Origin: Sphagnum compactum
Lineage: Eukaryota
Direction of reading: 5' to 3'
Assembly: GCA_965153455.1 (NCBI GenBank)
Contig: OZ234493.1
Span: forward strand, 16,172,213 to 16,236,212
Length of the DNA: 64,000 nucleotides
Notes under the pieces: generated by a model
Told to the model about the DNA's origin: nothing
Seen by the model: only the letters and a program-made list of their open reading frames with translations
The model's database searches: none
Translations under genes and position numbers: made by a program
Shown: positions 26,637-39,330 of the stretch, in pieces
Numbering within the stretch: the stretch's first letter is position 1
Layout: each line of letters opens with the position of its first letter

Positions 26637-26820
26637 CTTGTTTGGTTTAGGCCCTAAACCCTAAACCCCTAAACCAAACAAGGGTTAGGGTTTAGGGTTT
26701 AGGGTTTAGGCTAGAGGCCCCCATCAAACATTAAACCCCTAAACCAAACAAGGGTTTAGGGTTTAGGGTTTTTGTTTGTTTGTTTTTGTGGTTTAGGGTT
26801 TAGGCTAGAGGCCCCCATCA
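26637..26820. repeat. Interstitial telomere-like repeats (CCCTAAA)n/(TTTAGGG)n in an inverted, duplicated arrangement
   Basis: CCCTAAACCCTAAACCCCTAAACCAAACAAGGGTTAGGGTTTAGGGTTTAGGG. The block is repeated, each copy ending in GGCTAGAGGCCCCCATCA. Confidence 0.85.
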
Positions 26821-27959
26821 AGATTTTTTTCCAACTTTTTCAAGTTCTGGGAAGTCAAGATTTGATCTGGAGATGTGTCAGAAACAGTCAATGGATGCAG
26901 AGTGAGAGAAGAAGTGATAATTATGTAGCAATTTTGATCATTAGCATTTGTGGGCTCTGCCCAGACTCCAGAGGGGAAAAGAAGAAGAAGAAGATGATTT
27001 TCATGTTGGGTTTATTACTCCTGGACACACACACACAATTCTTGGCTTGACATGAACCCAATCTGTGGGTGACACCTGGAGATCTAGGTGGACTAGATTT
27101 CATTCATTCATTCATTCATTTAATTACATTCAAGTTAGGTTACCTAACCCATGGTTCCACACTTCCACCATCTTCCAAGGTGCCTCTCTTAGGTGATCTA
27201 TAGCACCTACTACACTTGTACCCCCATTTGTAAGAACCCTTTATTGATTTTTTTTCTTTTTCTTTTTTTCAAAAACCCTTTGAAAATCTCTTCTCTTTAC
27301 ATTCTTTTAAATTGGCTAATTGCTCTCCTTGTAAAAGGAATGGGTGAATGCTAGGTAGGATCATTAAAATAATATATATAACATATGGGTCCTCCCTTAT
27401 CCGAGGGTCACATGGAAATTTTCATTGAATCAAAATTAAAAGGCATTTGGTCAAATATGCTAGATATTGAATATGCTCCATATATCAATATATACGCTCC
27501 ATTGCTATATCAATATATGATCTCATTTGAATAATGAACATTGTGAATTGTGCTCAACATGACCTTGCAATTGATTAACTATTGTGATTTATTTTCTTTA
27601 TCACTCTTAATGATCTAATCACATGGATATATAAGAAGTGTTTTATATGTTGGAAAACCAAAATTTCCCTATATCCTTAGAACAAAAGTTTTTATATAGG
27701 TTCTAATATGATGGACATGATGGTTGGGTTTTAAAAACTAAAACCCAATACCTAGTGCTATGACCTTTGAAATTTTCTATTTACTTCACCCTAGTTAGTT
27801 ATATGATACCGTCAATGTCATATATTATTTATATGGAAGATATAGCAAAAAAAGAAACCTTATATTTGATCAACACTAAAAATCACTCAACTTAGTCCCA
27901 TGAGTTCCAAAGCTTTTCCAAGAGATTATTTACCAATTATACATAAGTAATTTGCTAAG

Positions 27960-28095
27960 TACTAACACCAAACTTGTCATTGAGGACCTAATTATACCTA
28001 CAGTGAAATTTTTACATTAGGCTAATGTTCACTTAACATTATTCTATCATGCCTATTTGACATTCAATGCCACCTAGATTTTCACTTAACACTGA
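27960..28095 (+). repeat. Dispersed repeat, related copy at about 50445-50585
   Basis: Both copies share CTAACACCAA..GTCATT.AGGACCTAA and ATGCCACCTAGATTTTCACTTAACA. Confidence 0.6.
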
Positions 28096-28387
28096 CTTTG
28101 CACCTTAAGTATTACATCCTTCTATTATGCTGCCCTACTAAACTACTTCATCCCCTTGACATAATCAACAACTAACCCTACACTTTCTTCAAGTTGGTCC
28201 ATGAACTAATGGGCATGAACAAATCAAGACACAATTGAGGTAATGACATTAACAAAAATGGGTTGACAAAAACACTATCCAATTGATAAGTGGTCACCTA
28301 TAGTAGAACCAAAGATGACGAAACACCTACCAATAGGAGGTGTTTCAAAGCTCAACCATGCCCTAACCAACTATTGTAGTACCTTGG

Positions 28388-28565
28388 TAGCCTCAACACA
28401 TGTTCATCAATTAATTAATTAATTAATTAATTTAAAAATTCTCATTTCAACAAATAAAATATTCTTTTGAAGATTCAATATTTTCCTTCACAATTTTTTA
28501 AAATTTAAAATACTCCTAAAATTCTAACTTTTTAAAAGTAATACAATTAATGTTGAAGCTTTCGA
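28388..28565 (-). repeat. Dispersed repeat copy, inverted relative to 24610-24800
   Basis: ACACATGTT...AATTAATTAA...TCATTTCAACAAATAAAATATTC...TGTTGAAGCT. Confidence 0.65.
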
Positions 28566-30112
28566 TGTAGTAATGTATACTTGTGTGTTTTCTTGGGTAG
28601 GGAGGCAATGGTGATGTAGCAAGTCTCCCCTAAAAAAGTTTGAGTAATTGTAGGAGGTACAAGTTTATCTTGGGAGGGTTATTCCTTGTATATTTTATGA
28701 AGCACCTAAGCATGTGAGATGAAAAGTTTTTTTTCGGGATATGATATGAAAGAATGAAATCTTTTATTAAAATTGAGAATATTTTAAATATTTTAAATAT
28801 ATTCTCATAGTCCATTTTTTGGCACCCCATTTACATTGGAATGAATTATAAATTATTATTTTTCATTAAATTACACCCATTTTTATTTTATCTTTTCAAT
28901 TTTGTGATGTAGTTGAAGTGGCAATAATCCATAACCAAATTTGGCTACATACTAGATATGAAAGTAGAAAAGAAACAAACATCCTTCTATATTCTTGACT
29001 ACCTATTGGAAGTAATTGTAAAAATATGGTGATTTGGAAAAATATTCTTCCAAATCTAGCAAATTTAGGTCATTTTCTCTACGAAAAATCCTTTGCATAG
29101 GTTTAAATCTTATTTTCCAAGTCAAATTGGATGAAATTTCACCAAAAATTATTTTAAAAAATGGTTACACCCCCTTTTATTTTTGCACCTCATTTGGAAA
29201 AGAAAAGGAAGTAATCTCCCTTGGGAGCTCACCTTCTAGGCCTCGCCTTGTCGTTTACCCACTATGTTTTTCCAACACCATGATTGTCATAAGGTTTTCA
29301 TGCAAGCTCAACTTGACCCCACTTGAACAAATGCCATAATCCCACAACAATTGAGCAATTTTCAAGTTCCCTAGAGTTATTCTTCCTCCTTGGTCACCCA
29401 AGGTCATACCACATCTTCCTCCTTTGTCACCCAAGGTCATACCATATTTCAACTTTCAAGACCCTAAAGGATAGCCCTACTCTCCTTCCTCTTCAAATGT
29501 TAATGCAATTATCATCAACCTTTTCCATGTCTTTCCTACTTGTGGGGACTTGGGTGTGCTTTTGACCATAGAGGTCCCAACACTCATTTTCACCTTGGGT
29601 GCATGCTTACTCAAGTTCATGCCTAGGGTTGGCCTAGAAACCTTGAAAGGTGAGCTCCCAAGGGAGGGTACTTCCTAGGGCAGGCTAGACCTCATGCAAG
29701 GCCAACCTTGGAGAGGAACTGGAGCAGGCTTCTTTGTTTTGGCAAAATTTCACCAAAATGTGAAATTTAAAAAAAAAACACACAAACAACCGAAGTGATT
29801 TTGTATGGTTTCAATTGTTGAGTGTGAGAGAAAACTATAGTAAAAATGCCATATCATTAAAAAAAAAATTCAATGTCTAGCCATAAATATAAAAGGTTGA
29901 TTAAAGATTTGGATTTCATATTGCTCTATAGCCAGATTTTCCTAGGGATGATTATCATTTTTCCTACATCTTCCTATCTACAATCACCACATAGGCTATA
30001 TATTTTTAAATCCTTTTTTTTAAAACTCTGAACTGGAAGCAAAATGCACATTGTTAAAGACAAGAGGTGAAGATCATGTTTGAGAGTTGTCCATTCCTTC
30101 CAATCAACCCAA

Positions 30113-30550
30113 CTAGTGTAGCCTGTGCTGTTGGTCCAAGTGTGAACTGAATACCCAATTACATTTTTCCTTCCAAAACCATTTTTTGGTAATTTAATTG
30201 AATTTTCAATAACAAAAATTTACTCAAAATGCAATATCTTTCGCACCTTAGGTCTAAAATTATCCAAATTAACTTAATTAAATCCTACCCACTAAGGGCT
30301 TTCCAACAATACCAAGAGTGCATCCAAATTCTCTTATTATAATTTTTAAATTTTGATTTAAATGAATTTTCAGTGAAATTTTGTTTAATATTCAATAACT
30401 TTTCCATAATATGTTGAAACATTATGAAATGACTAATATGTGTACCCCTACTCATCAAGAGCTTTCCAAGAGTATCAAGAGTGTGGTAAAAGACACTATG
30501 CTTTTGGGAGATCTTATCATGACAAACAAACTACCTTCCTTCATAATAGA
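30113..30550 (-). mobile_element. Non-autonomous Helitron-like element, copy 1 (438 bp, complete)
   Basis: On the minus strand it begins TCTATTATG (30550) and ends ...TACACTAG followed by T (30113/30112), matching Helitron 5'-TC / CTAG-3' termini. An imperfect GC-rich stem lies just inside the 3' end. Homologous to copies 2 and 3. Confidence 0.65.
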
Positions 30551-30985
30551 CTAGTGTAAGATGTGTCGTTGGCCCAAGTGTGACCTAGTTACCCCAAAAC
30601 AATTCCTTGCAAAACCATTTTTTGTAATGTAATTGAATTTACGATGACAAAAAAAACTACTCAAAATTCAATATCACTCACACCTCAAATCTTAAAATTT
30701 TCAAATCACTTTCATTAAATCCTACTCATCAAGGGCTTTCAAAATTAGGACCCAAAAAATTCCTCTATAAATTTTAGTTTTTATTTCAATGAATGTTGAG
30801 TGAAAAATTGTGCAATATTCAATAACTTTTCTCCAATTGTAAATCAAAACATTATGAAATCAACTTGCTACACCCCCTATAGCTAGTTATTGAGGGCTTT
30901 TCAACGGTACCCAAGAGCATGACAAGAGGTGCCATCATGGTTTGGGACATCTCAACAATGACAAACAATGAAAACAAAAACAAGG
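30551..30985 (-). mobile_element. Helitron-like element, copy 2, directly abutting copy 1 head-to-tail
   Basis: Colinear similarity to copy 1 (CTAGTGTA..GTTGGCCCAAGTG..AAAACCATTTTTTG..AAATCCTAC.CA.CAAGGGCTTTC). The 5' end is unclear, possibly at about 31102 after an insertion containing CCCTAAA repeats. Confidence 0.6.
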
Positions 30986-31099
30986 CATCACAATTTAAAC
31001 CCTAAACCCTAAACCCTAAAAACACTTTCACCAAAAAAAAACTGGTTCAAATACACAAAACTTTCGGCTATTCAAATACTCAAAGCTTTTCCTTTGAAT

Positions 31100-31141
31100 A
31101 GAGAGAGAGAGAGAGAGCTATCTATATATATATATATATAT
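31100..31141. repeat. Compound (GA)n/(TA)n microsatellite
   Basis: Directly visible in the sequence. Confidence 0.9.
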
Positions 31142-34100
31142 TACTTTGTGGGTAATTGTGATCCTTAATATATTTGCGGCATAAGAAATTGATATCAAAA
31201 TAGGTGGATGCTACCCGTGTTGCACGGTTCTTAGATTTTGTTATAACCTTTGGTTCCAGGTTTTCAAATTAAAAAATTCAAAAAATCAAAGATCCGTTGG
31301 TTCTAAGTCCGTTTTTTTTTAATTAAAAAAAAATCAGAGTAAAATAACAACCACGGTTGGTTTCCGGGTTTTTGAATTTTTTTTTCAAAGAACTGATATG
31401 TGTGTCCTGAAAGAACCGACAAAGGGGCAAATGGGTTCAGGTAGGTTCTTTGACCGGTTCTTTGAAACAAGTGTTTATTTTTTGTGTGGAGAAACACAGT
31501 TTCGGGTCAATTCAGGTTCTTGTGGATGCTTTTGGAACTGATGGTGGGTGGGTGGAGGGTCCATATACTCAAAAGATACCCGCCGGTTCCTTCTTTGATG
31601 AGAAAAGCAGAAGACAACCTACTACCACCACATTGGATGCTACTCAAACTGAATGAAGACAAAACACAAAAGTCATTGGTAAAAAGATTGTCAGCCCAAG
31701 GAAGGAAGGAAGGAAGGAAGGAAGGAAGGAGACCAAATTCATTTTAAAAATGGGGGGGTCTGAAAAGAGCCAGTACTAAGAGTATTAGGCTAAGTGACCT
31801 AACAAGTATGGGAATAGTGTAAAGACTCCTTCCTACACAGCCCATCTCCTAAAGGACCTTACTTAGCCTTCACTCTACATATGTAGCTCACTGCTCAACA
31901 TAACAAAGGGGTGTGTCAGTCACACACACTGTGGCCTTGCCATTTACATTAAAAATACATATCTTAAGGTGAAAGAAAATTTATAGAAACTCAAACATTT
32001 CACCATGCAAAAATATAATCTTCATTAAAAAAATCCTCTAAAAGAAACCAAAATCCTTCAAGATATTAGAACTCTATATCAACTAATCTCAAGTTTCCAT
32101 ACAAGCCAAAATATCATGTTTAAAAAATCCTCATATAAAAATAGACCTATTATTATTTATTACCTAGCCAGGGCCAAAATCCCTTAAGCTACTTAAGCTA
32201 CTATACTCTATAATGAATCTAAACACAATATCCTTCTTGCCTTGGTAGTAGGCAAGATCAACAAATAACAACCTTGCAAAGACTTTAGGACACTCTTTCC
32301 TATGCTTGGCACAAATTTTCAAGGTGCTAAAAGATAAAATCACCCCATTCTAAAAACCACTTTCCATGAGTATTGGAATAGTTGGTCCCATAGTGCAACA
32401 CTTTCTACAAGGCGTTGGCATGGTGGCCATGGCCTCACCATGCCCCTTCCCCCCTTCCCCAACAAACCTCGGTTGGAATGCCCCTTGTTAGTTGTGGAAC
32501 CTCCCCAAGACAAATTTCTGTTCAAAGTTGGCAAGGGATGGTTACATGGAAGACCTTGCATGAGTTGGCATTATCGTGTGAGAGATCCCACTCACATGAG
32601 CAATATAGTGAGGAAGAACCATGGATGTCAACCATGGATGTCAATCCAAATAAGCATTCCTTGATTGTCATGATGGGGATGCAATGTTATTAGGGCATTT
32701 TGCCCTCGACCTTGGGTTCCACCCTTCATTCCTAATGCCTTGATGGTGGCCATGGCCTCAAGCTCAGTCTCACACCCCTATGAACTCCTAAAACTTTGCA
32801 TCAAGCCCCTCCACATGGAAGAATGCCTCTAGGACCTTCAAAAGGAGGCAATACAAACAAAGTGTAGGGTAAAGCCCTTGGTTGGGAGCACTCCCAAAAT
32901 GAGGGGCCTAGGATGAGGGAGGTGGTAGGTAGGCAACTCTCATTCTCCATTTTGGGAATCCCCTCCATCTATGGATTTTTATTCATTATCATGAACCTAA
33001 ACATGTGTAGATCACAAAGCATAGGAAGGAAAACCTTCTATATTGTCAATGACTTAGACATATTAAGCAATAGGCATAAGCAATTTAGAAAGTTCTTATG
33101 CCTTTTGCTTAATATCTTACAAGCATAAGATCCCTCCTCTTAATTACCTACATAGAAATCACTTACATTCCTTATTACCAACTTACCTACCGTACTTTGG
33201 TACTTACCCAAGTACATATAAGGTTTCCTTGACCTTCACGGCCAAGGAGGGAACACTAGGGTTTACAAGATAGGTTATCAAGGTGGACTTAAGTTGTGGT
33301 TCATCGACAACTGAGTCATAATGGGTTTCCAATGGATGTAGGGGTGGGTGCTCGGTCACATAATCCAGTTCACTTGAAAAAGGTTGGGGTGAAAGGTGGA
33401 ATCTCTATTCGAGTGATAATTACCTACAAGATGAAGGTTGGTAGTGTGTATGTGTATCAGTTGAGAGAAGGTAGCTCAACTCCTACTTCAAGGACTTGAG
33501 TTGTGCCATCTTTTACTCCACCTTCATGGAAAAATAGCTTGTTGCATAAGGTAATGTCCCAAACCATATGGAAGATGATGTCAACAAGTTGTGATTTTTT
33601 GCTTTTGTCGAAGGTGAGGGTAGGGGTGAGATGAAGGATCCATCAGTTTGGGGATCCTACCAAAGAAATATGTAGACAAAGAGTGAGATATAAAGTTCAC
33701 AAGCAAAGCATGTGATTCATTTTCCTTTTGAATAAAAGTGGACCCCATTAATCAAAATTAAGTGAAAGTTGCATGAGCAGACAAAATCATCATTTTGAAA
33801 GTGTAAGGTAAAGCCCTAGCCAAAAGCTTTACCATGTGTAAAGACCGTAGAATTTTTTATTTTAAGAACCTCGATACTCATTGAGTATCACACAAAAGAA
33901 AGAGGAGGACAAGCCTTTCAACAAATGAAATGCATCCAAATGTGGGCATTTTTTATTTTTCAAAACACCCATCCTTTATGGTGGACAATTTATATCCCCA
34001 AAAAGTATAAGATATACAACAATGTTGTGTGCGTAAGCAAAAAATATATTTACTCATCATGTAAAACTAAGCAAGTGTAAATTATTAACAACTACCTTGC

Positions 34101-35921
34101 CAATTTTTTGGCATTTAAAACTTATCTTACCCTACCCACTATGTGAATATATATTTTTAGATTTACACAAGGGAATTGTAAAAATTTTAATTACATTTAC
34201 ATAACCCTATGTAAATTCATTCAGTAGGGTAAGTGTATTGTATACCCTTAGTGACTATATTTATATGTAATTCATATTAATTAATTTTGAATGCATCCCA
34301 AGGCTCAATGTTTTCTTATAACAATTGACCAATTAGATTGACCCTTCATAAATTAAAAAATTAATATTTTAAATGTTCCCTAAATAGAAGCTTTTACCAT
34401 CAATAAAGCTTTTAGTTCATATATACAATACATGCCCACACTTTTTAAACAAAAGAACATGCAATGAATTGTGATCCCTTGTGAGGAATGTGTTGGATGC
34501 ACATTCCTAAATGCATGGTGTCTCACCTCATTGTTTTGAGTAAAATTTTCATTCTTAACTTTGTTAATCATCATTTCATTATGCTATTTACACGTACACG
34601 AAATGTAAGTCCTAAACCACAAATATGGCCCAAGGCTCGGAATGCACACCTACACTCTTCTTGCAAAGTGAAATGTGATCCTAGCCATAAGTAGATGAGG
34701 AGGTTGTGAGAGTGGGAAGGAGCAGCTGACAGACCTTAGACCTATAAGTAGGCATAAGACCCCCTAGGTATAAGGTCAGTTCTACTCTAAATGGTAGTTG
34801 TAAGGTCCTCTCTCTCTTTTCTAGGAGGGATGGTGATGGCCATAATATATGTGCACCTTCAAATACACTAGGAAATTTCTTCAAGTGCTTTTCATTGTTT
34901 GCACAACCCCTCCCACAAGTTTTTGAGCATAGGGTCTCACACAATTTTTGGTAACCAATACGGGTACCATCATTGTAAGAAATCAGTGTTGGGTGGGTAT
35001 GTCTTTTGCCTGATATACCCATGGGTATATAACAGAGCAAATAGCTCTTGTACCCAGCTGAATAAAAAGTTGGATTACCTTTTTTACTTACCCTACCTGG
35101 TTGGTAAATGTCTTAAGACTTACCTTGTCTTTATTTTACCCAACTAATATTAGTTGATGTTTACCCTTATTATCCAGGGGAGGGGAATAGTTTTGGAGTG
35201 GGTAAGTAAAGGGTATATGTCAAAATCATTATATAACATATAACCATTTTCATATTTTGTAATGCATGTAGTTATCATGGATTTTTTAAAATTATAGTGA
35301 CTAAATATTGAATTTTTTTCTTTTGGAATTTTATTTTATTCATTAAATTAATTGCTTTGAAAAAAAATCTTACCATATGCTCTTGAAACCCATATAAATT
35401 TACTTTCATTTTTCATTATAAAACTTCTTTAAAAAATTTAACCCTATAAGTAATTGGTTTATATATATATATATATCCAATTGACATTTCAAACATGAAC
35501 ATGTGAAATTTTAAACACCTATATATATATATATATAGAAATTGCACAAGTGTGGCACCTTTCAAAGTGAAGAAAGACAATTACTTATCCAATTGGCATT
35601 TATCCACTTATAATCACATGGTATGTGTAGGGCAAATGATGAAATATTTACCCTGCACTTACTTTACCAATGGGGTAAATGTTCATCATTTACTTTTAAC
35701 TTTACCTGGGTTTGAGTATTTTGCAAAGCCCTTTATATTGTTACCCTTACCTAGTTTGAATTTTTTGGGAAGCTTATGTACATTTACCTAGCTGATATAT
35801 GTTCTGGGAATTACTATTTACTCACATCTGAGTGACATATGAAACTTGATATCCTCATCCAACACTTGACAAAAGTAAGAACCCCAATATTTTTTTTAAT
35901 TGCTTGTAAACATTATAAATA

Positions 35922-36339
35922 CTAGTGTAGCATGTATCATTGGCCTAAGTGCGATCTAGTCACCCAACCAAATTTTCCTTCCAAAACCTTCTTTTTATAA
36001 TTTGTTTGAATTTTCAACGACAAAAACTACCCAAGGTTCAATATCTCTCCTACATCTTAGCTCTAAAAATTTCCAAATGACCTTCATGAAATCCCACTCG
36101 CTAAGAGCTTTCCAATGATACAAAGAGTGCACCCAAATTCCCCAATAATTTTTACTTTTGATTTAAATGAATATGTAACAAAATTATGTTCAACATTCAG
36201 TAACTTCTCCACCATAGGTTGAAAATTTATGAAGCCAATTCAATGCACCCCCTTACTCATTGAGGGCTTTCCAATTGTACTAAGAGGCTCATGATCTAGG
36301 AGATATCAATGTAACAAACAAAACAAAACAAACTACCTT
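35922..36339 (-). mobile_element. Helitron-like element, copy 3, missing about 11 nt at its 5' end
   Basis: Starts A|CTAGTGTAG on the + strand and is colinear with copy 1 up to AAACTACCTT, after which the sequence is unrelated. Confidence 0.6.
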
Positions 36340-36639
36340 GTGAGATTAGTTCCCTACACATAACCATCCCTTGTGAGAATCTCAACACTCCAATTGGCTG
36401 TCAAGGTGAGTTACAACCCATAACCTTCAACCGCCATTACATTAGCAACTTCCTAGTTAGCATAAGGTATCATCACCATGGGCTCTCATTGACCAAATGA
36501 TTTTGTAACCCTTTGTTGCGCCTTGGATGAAAAATTCATAATTGTTCTCTATGCGGATGAAAAAAGGGCATGTCAATTCTCACTAGGGACGATGGTTATG
36601 TTTATCAAGCAATTTATATGCAAATGTTTGAAATTTGGG

Positions 36640-36800
36640 GTTGAGTCAAATGTCCATGTGGGTACCTAGTAACCCATTTGACATGTATTCCAAATGTGGG
36701 AGCATGGATGATTATTGGAGAGAGTTCAATAGAAATGCCCAGATGCAATGTTGTTGCTTGGAGTGCCATGGTTCCAAAACATGTGAAAAGTGGGTTAAGG
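36640..36800 (+). pseudogene. PPR (PLS-class) gene fragment
   Basis: Reads DMYSKCGSMDDYWREFNR, then a frameshift, then MPRCNVVAWSAMVPKHVKSG. This is the classic 'DMYAKCG...VF..MP.RNVVSW.AMI' PPR signature. It is isolated and frameshifted. Confidence 0.7.
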
Positions 36801-38169
36801 GTTGAAGGCAAATTTTTTGCTCATTGAAAGCTTATGTCAAGAGTGGGAATAGCTGACCCACAAAATGCAATTTGCGTTTTGTACTAGAGCAAAACATATG
36901 ATTTTATTTTCAACAAATTGGATGATGAGGACAAAAAGGTCTTGTATATCCCTAATCGTAGGTTTTTAGATCATTATGGACTAAAAATGATAAAGATATG
37001 GGGTTTGAAAATAAAAAGGGTAAAAAAATTGCTTCAAAAAAATTGAAACAAAATATCACAAGTGTCCTCTTCCTCCTCTTCATGTATTCTTCCTTGCTCT
37101 TTTGCTTTTGGTGTTTAGAAAAAAATTGTAATACTTAATTTGCACTTCTAATGACATAAAAATCATTATTGATTTGGTTAAAAAATGAAGAATTTTAAAA
37201 AATTTGCAATGGTTCTTAGGCTTGTGTTCAATGTTGGGTGGTTTTAGGTACTTAATATCCAATTACTAACTAGACTAAAACAACAACTACGTATAATGAT
37301 TAACTATTTTAGTCTACCTACTAATTATTGTAGATAATATTAACTAATAGGAAATAATCTTCATAAAAAGATTTAATTTATTGTGATGAAATTAATAAAA
37401 GTAATTAAACTTTAATAATATTAACTATTTAAAGATTGCATTAGCCATAAAGATTGGGACATACATACATTAATCTAATAACATTATTATTTTCAACTGT
37501 TAAATTGTAATTAGTTTTAAGCTAGGTTAGTTAGATTTTTATAATTGATAATATTATAATATGATCCTAATTTAGGCGAATAATTAGTAGTTAATTCTTA
37601 TTAATTAGTTTAGTATACATGGTGCTTAAGCTTGGCTAAACTACGGCTAACCATTTAAAGTTAATTAAATGTCTAATGTGACACCTAAGGTACATTTAAG
37701 TCTAAGCCATGAGGCACATAAGCTATACTTAATTAGACCACATGTTTAAACCTTTGGTGCATGCCATGTGTGCAAGTACTTAGTATTTCAAGAAATAATT
37801 ATTTAATAGATCATTCATTATTCATTCATAAATAAAATTAATCAATAATGTTTTAATGTATTTAGTTATTTCGAAATTACTTATAAAATTATATATATAT
37901 AGATATAAACCTTTTAAAATTCTAGTGATCAATTAATTAAGTAAAAAATGATTAGGTTTTTAATTGACTATCTAATAAAATAAAATACTGACTAATTGGT
38001 AATTCATAAATATTAACTATAAATTATTAAATATCTAACTTATTAAATTAATTTGTAGATACTAAATTAATTTTAATAATAATTAATACTAATTAAATAA
38101 CTTAACTCATGAATAGTTAATTATTGATTAATTAATATTTATTAGTTATTAATTATAATTATATAGTTA

Positions 38170-38527
38170 GGGTAATCCAACTTATAAATGAAACAAAGTT
38201 GGATTTTTAATGGCCAACTTTCAACATATGTTGGTGAATGGCAATGAACCATTTGTCTTCCCATCACAAGTCCAACAAGTTTTCTATTTCAATGATTCTT
38301 CCAACCCATGGTGGAGGGTTATATTGCATAAAGAGCCACAGAACAAGTACGTGTTCCTAGACACCTATGGGGAGTGCATTAGCACAAATGAGTATGGAAG
38401 TGTGTTGGATGCACGAAGGGCAATGCCAAATGCACCAACCATTTTAAGTATTGTTGCTGTAATACTCCTTTCTAAGGAAGAATCATTATTACTCAATGAA
38501 TCAAGACAACTTAGCCTTGAAAGATAA
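38170..38527 (+). mobile_element. CACTA (En/Spm) transposase C-terminal fragment, DUF4216-like
   Basis: GFLMANF...NEPFVFPSQVQQVFY.ND..NPWWRVIL matches the DUF4216 'EPFILASQAxQVFYxxD....W.VV' motif. Confidence 0.7.
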
Positions 38528-39330
38528 TCCCAAGGAAAAAAATTTAGGACATAAACATTTGTTTCAATAAACAAGGACATGTCAACTTGATGTTCCACAT
38601 TTTTAACCATTCCAATACCATGTCCAATTACTTTAAATGAAAATGTTTATGTTTTCCCACTTTTGATGTTTTATCACATTTTGACACCATGAAATAGAAA
38701 TTTTTCCAACAAACATAGGTGCAATGTAATGAAAGTTATTAACTTCAAAATTAAGGGGTTCTGAAATTATCAAAGTTGAAAATTAGGCACAACAAAATTA
38801 TAAATAAGTTGCAATTAAGTTGAACCTAAAGTCAAATCAAAGTTGAACTATAATGGAAAACATAGACATTATTTCATCCATCAAATTTTCCAACATCCAT
38901 CCATCCATAAACAAGGCTAACCAAGACAGTGAAACGGTTGACATGATAAAGCCTAACAAATTTTGAAAGTGGATTTTTCCACTATAATTCGAATGTGAAT
39001 TTATTAATTAAAAATAAAAATCAATGGTCAATTAGCAACGATGGTCAACACCATACACTTACCAACCTAGTCAAAAAGTTGACTAAGTTGTGGTGTGAAA
39101 TAGGCCACATGGAATTTGTTGAAATAAATATAATTATGCAATCAAAGGCAAGTTGAGCTCGACATGTAGTCAAAAATTGGTTGGTTAGAAAATGGCCTTT
39201 TTCTCCTAGTGCTTGTAGACATTGAAGCCAAATGTTGCATCAATCGGCAGCTGATCAAGAGAATGTATTTCCTACATCTGAAATAATATGAATATGAAAA
39301 TAGATAAATTGAGGACCAATTGCAAGACCA

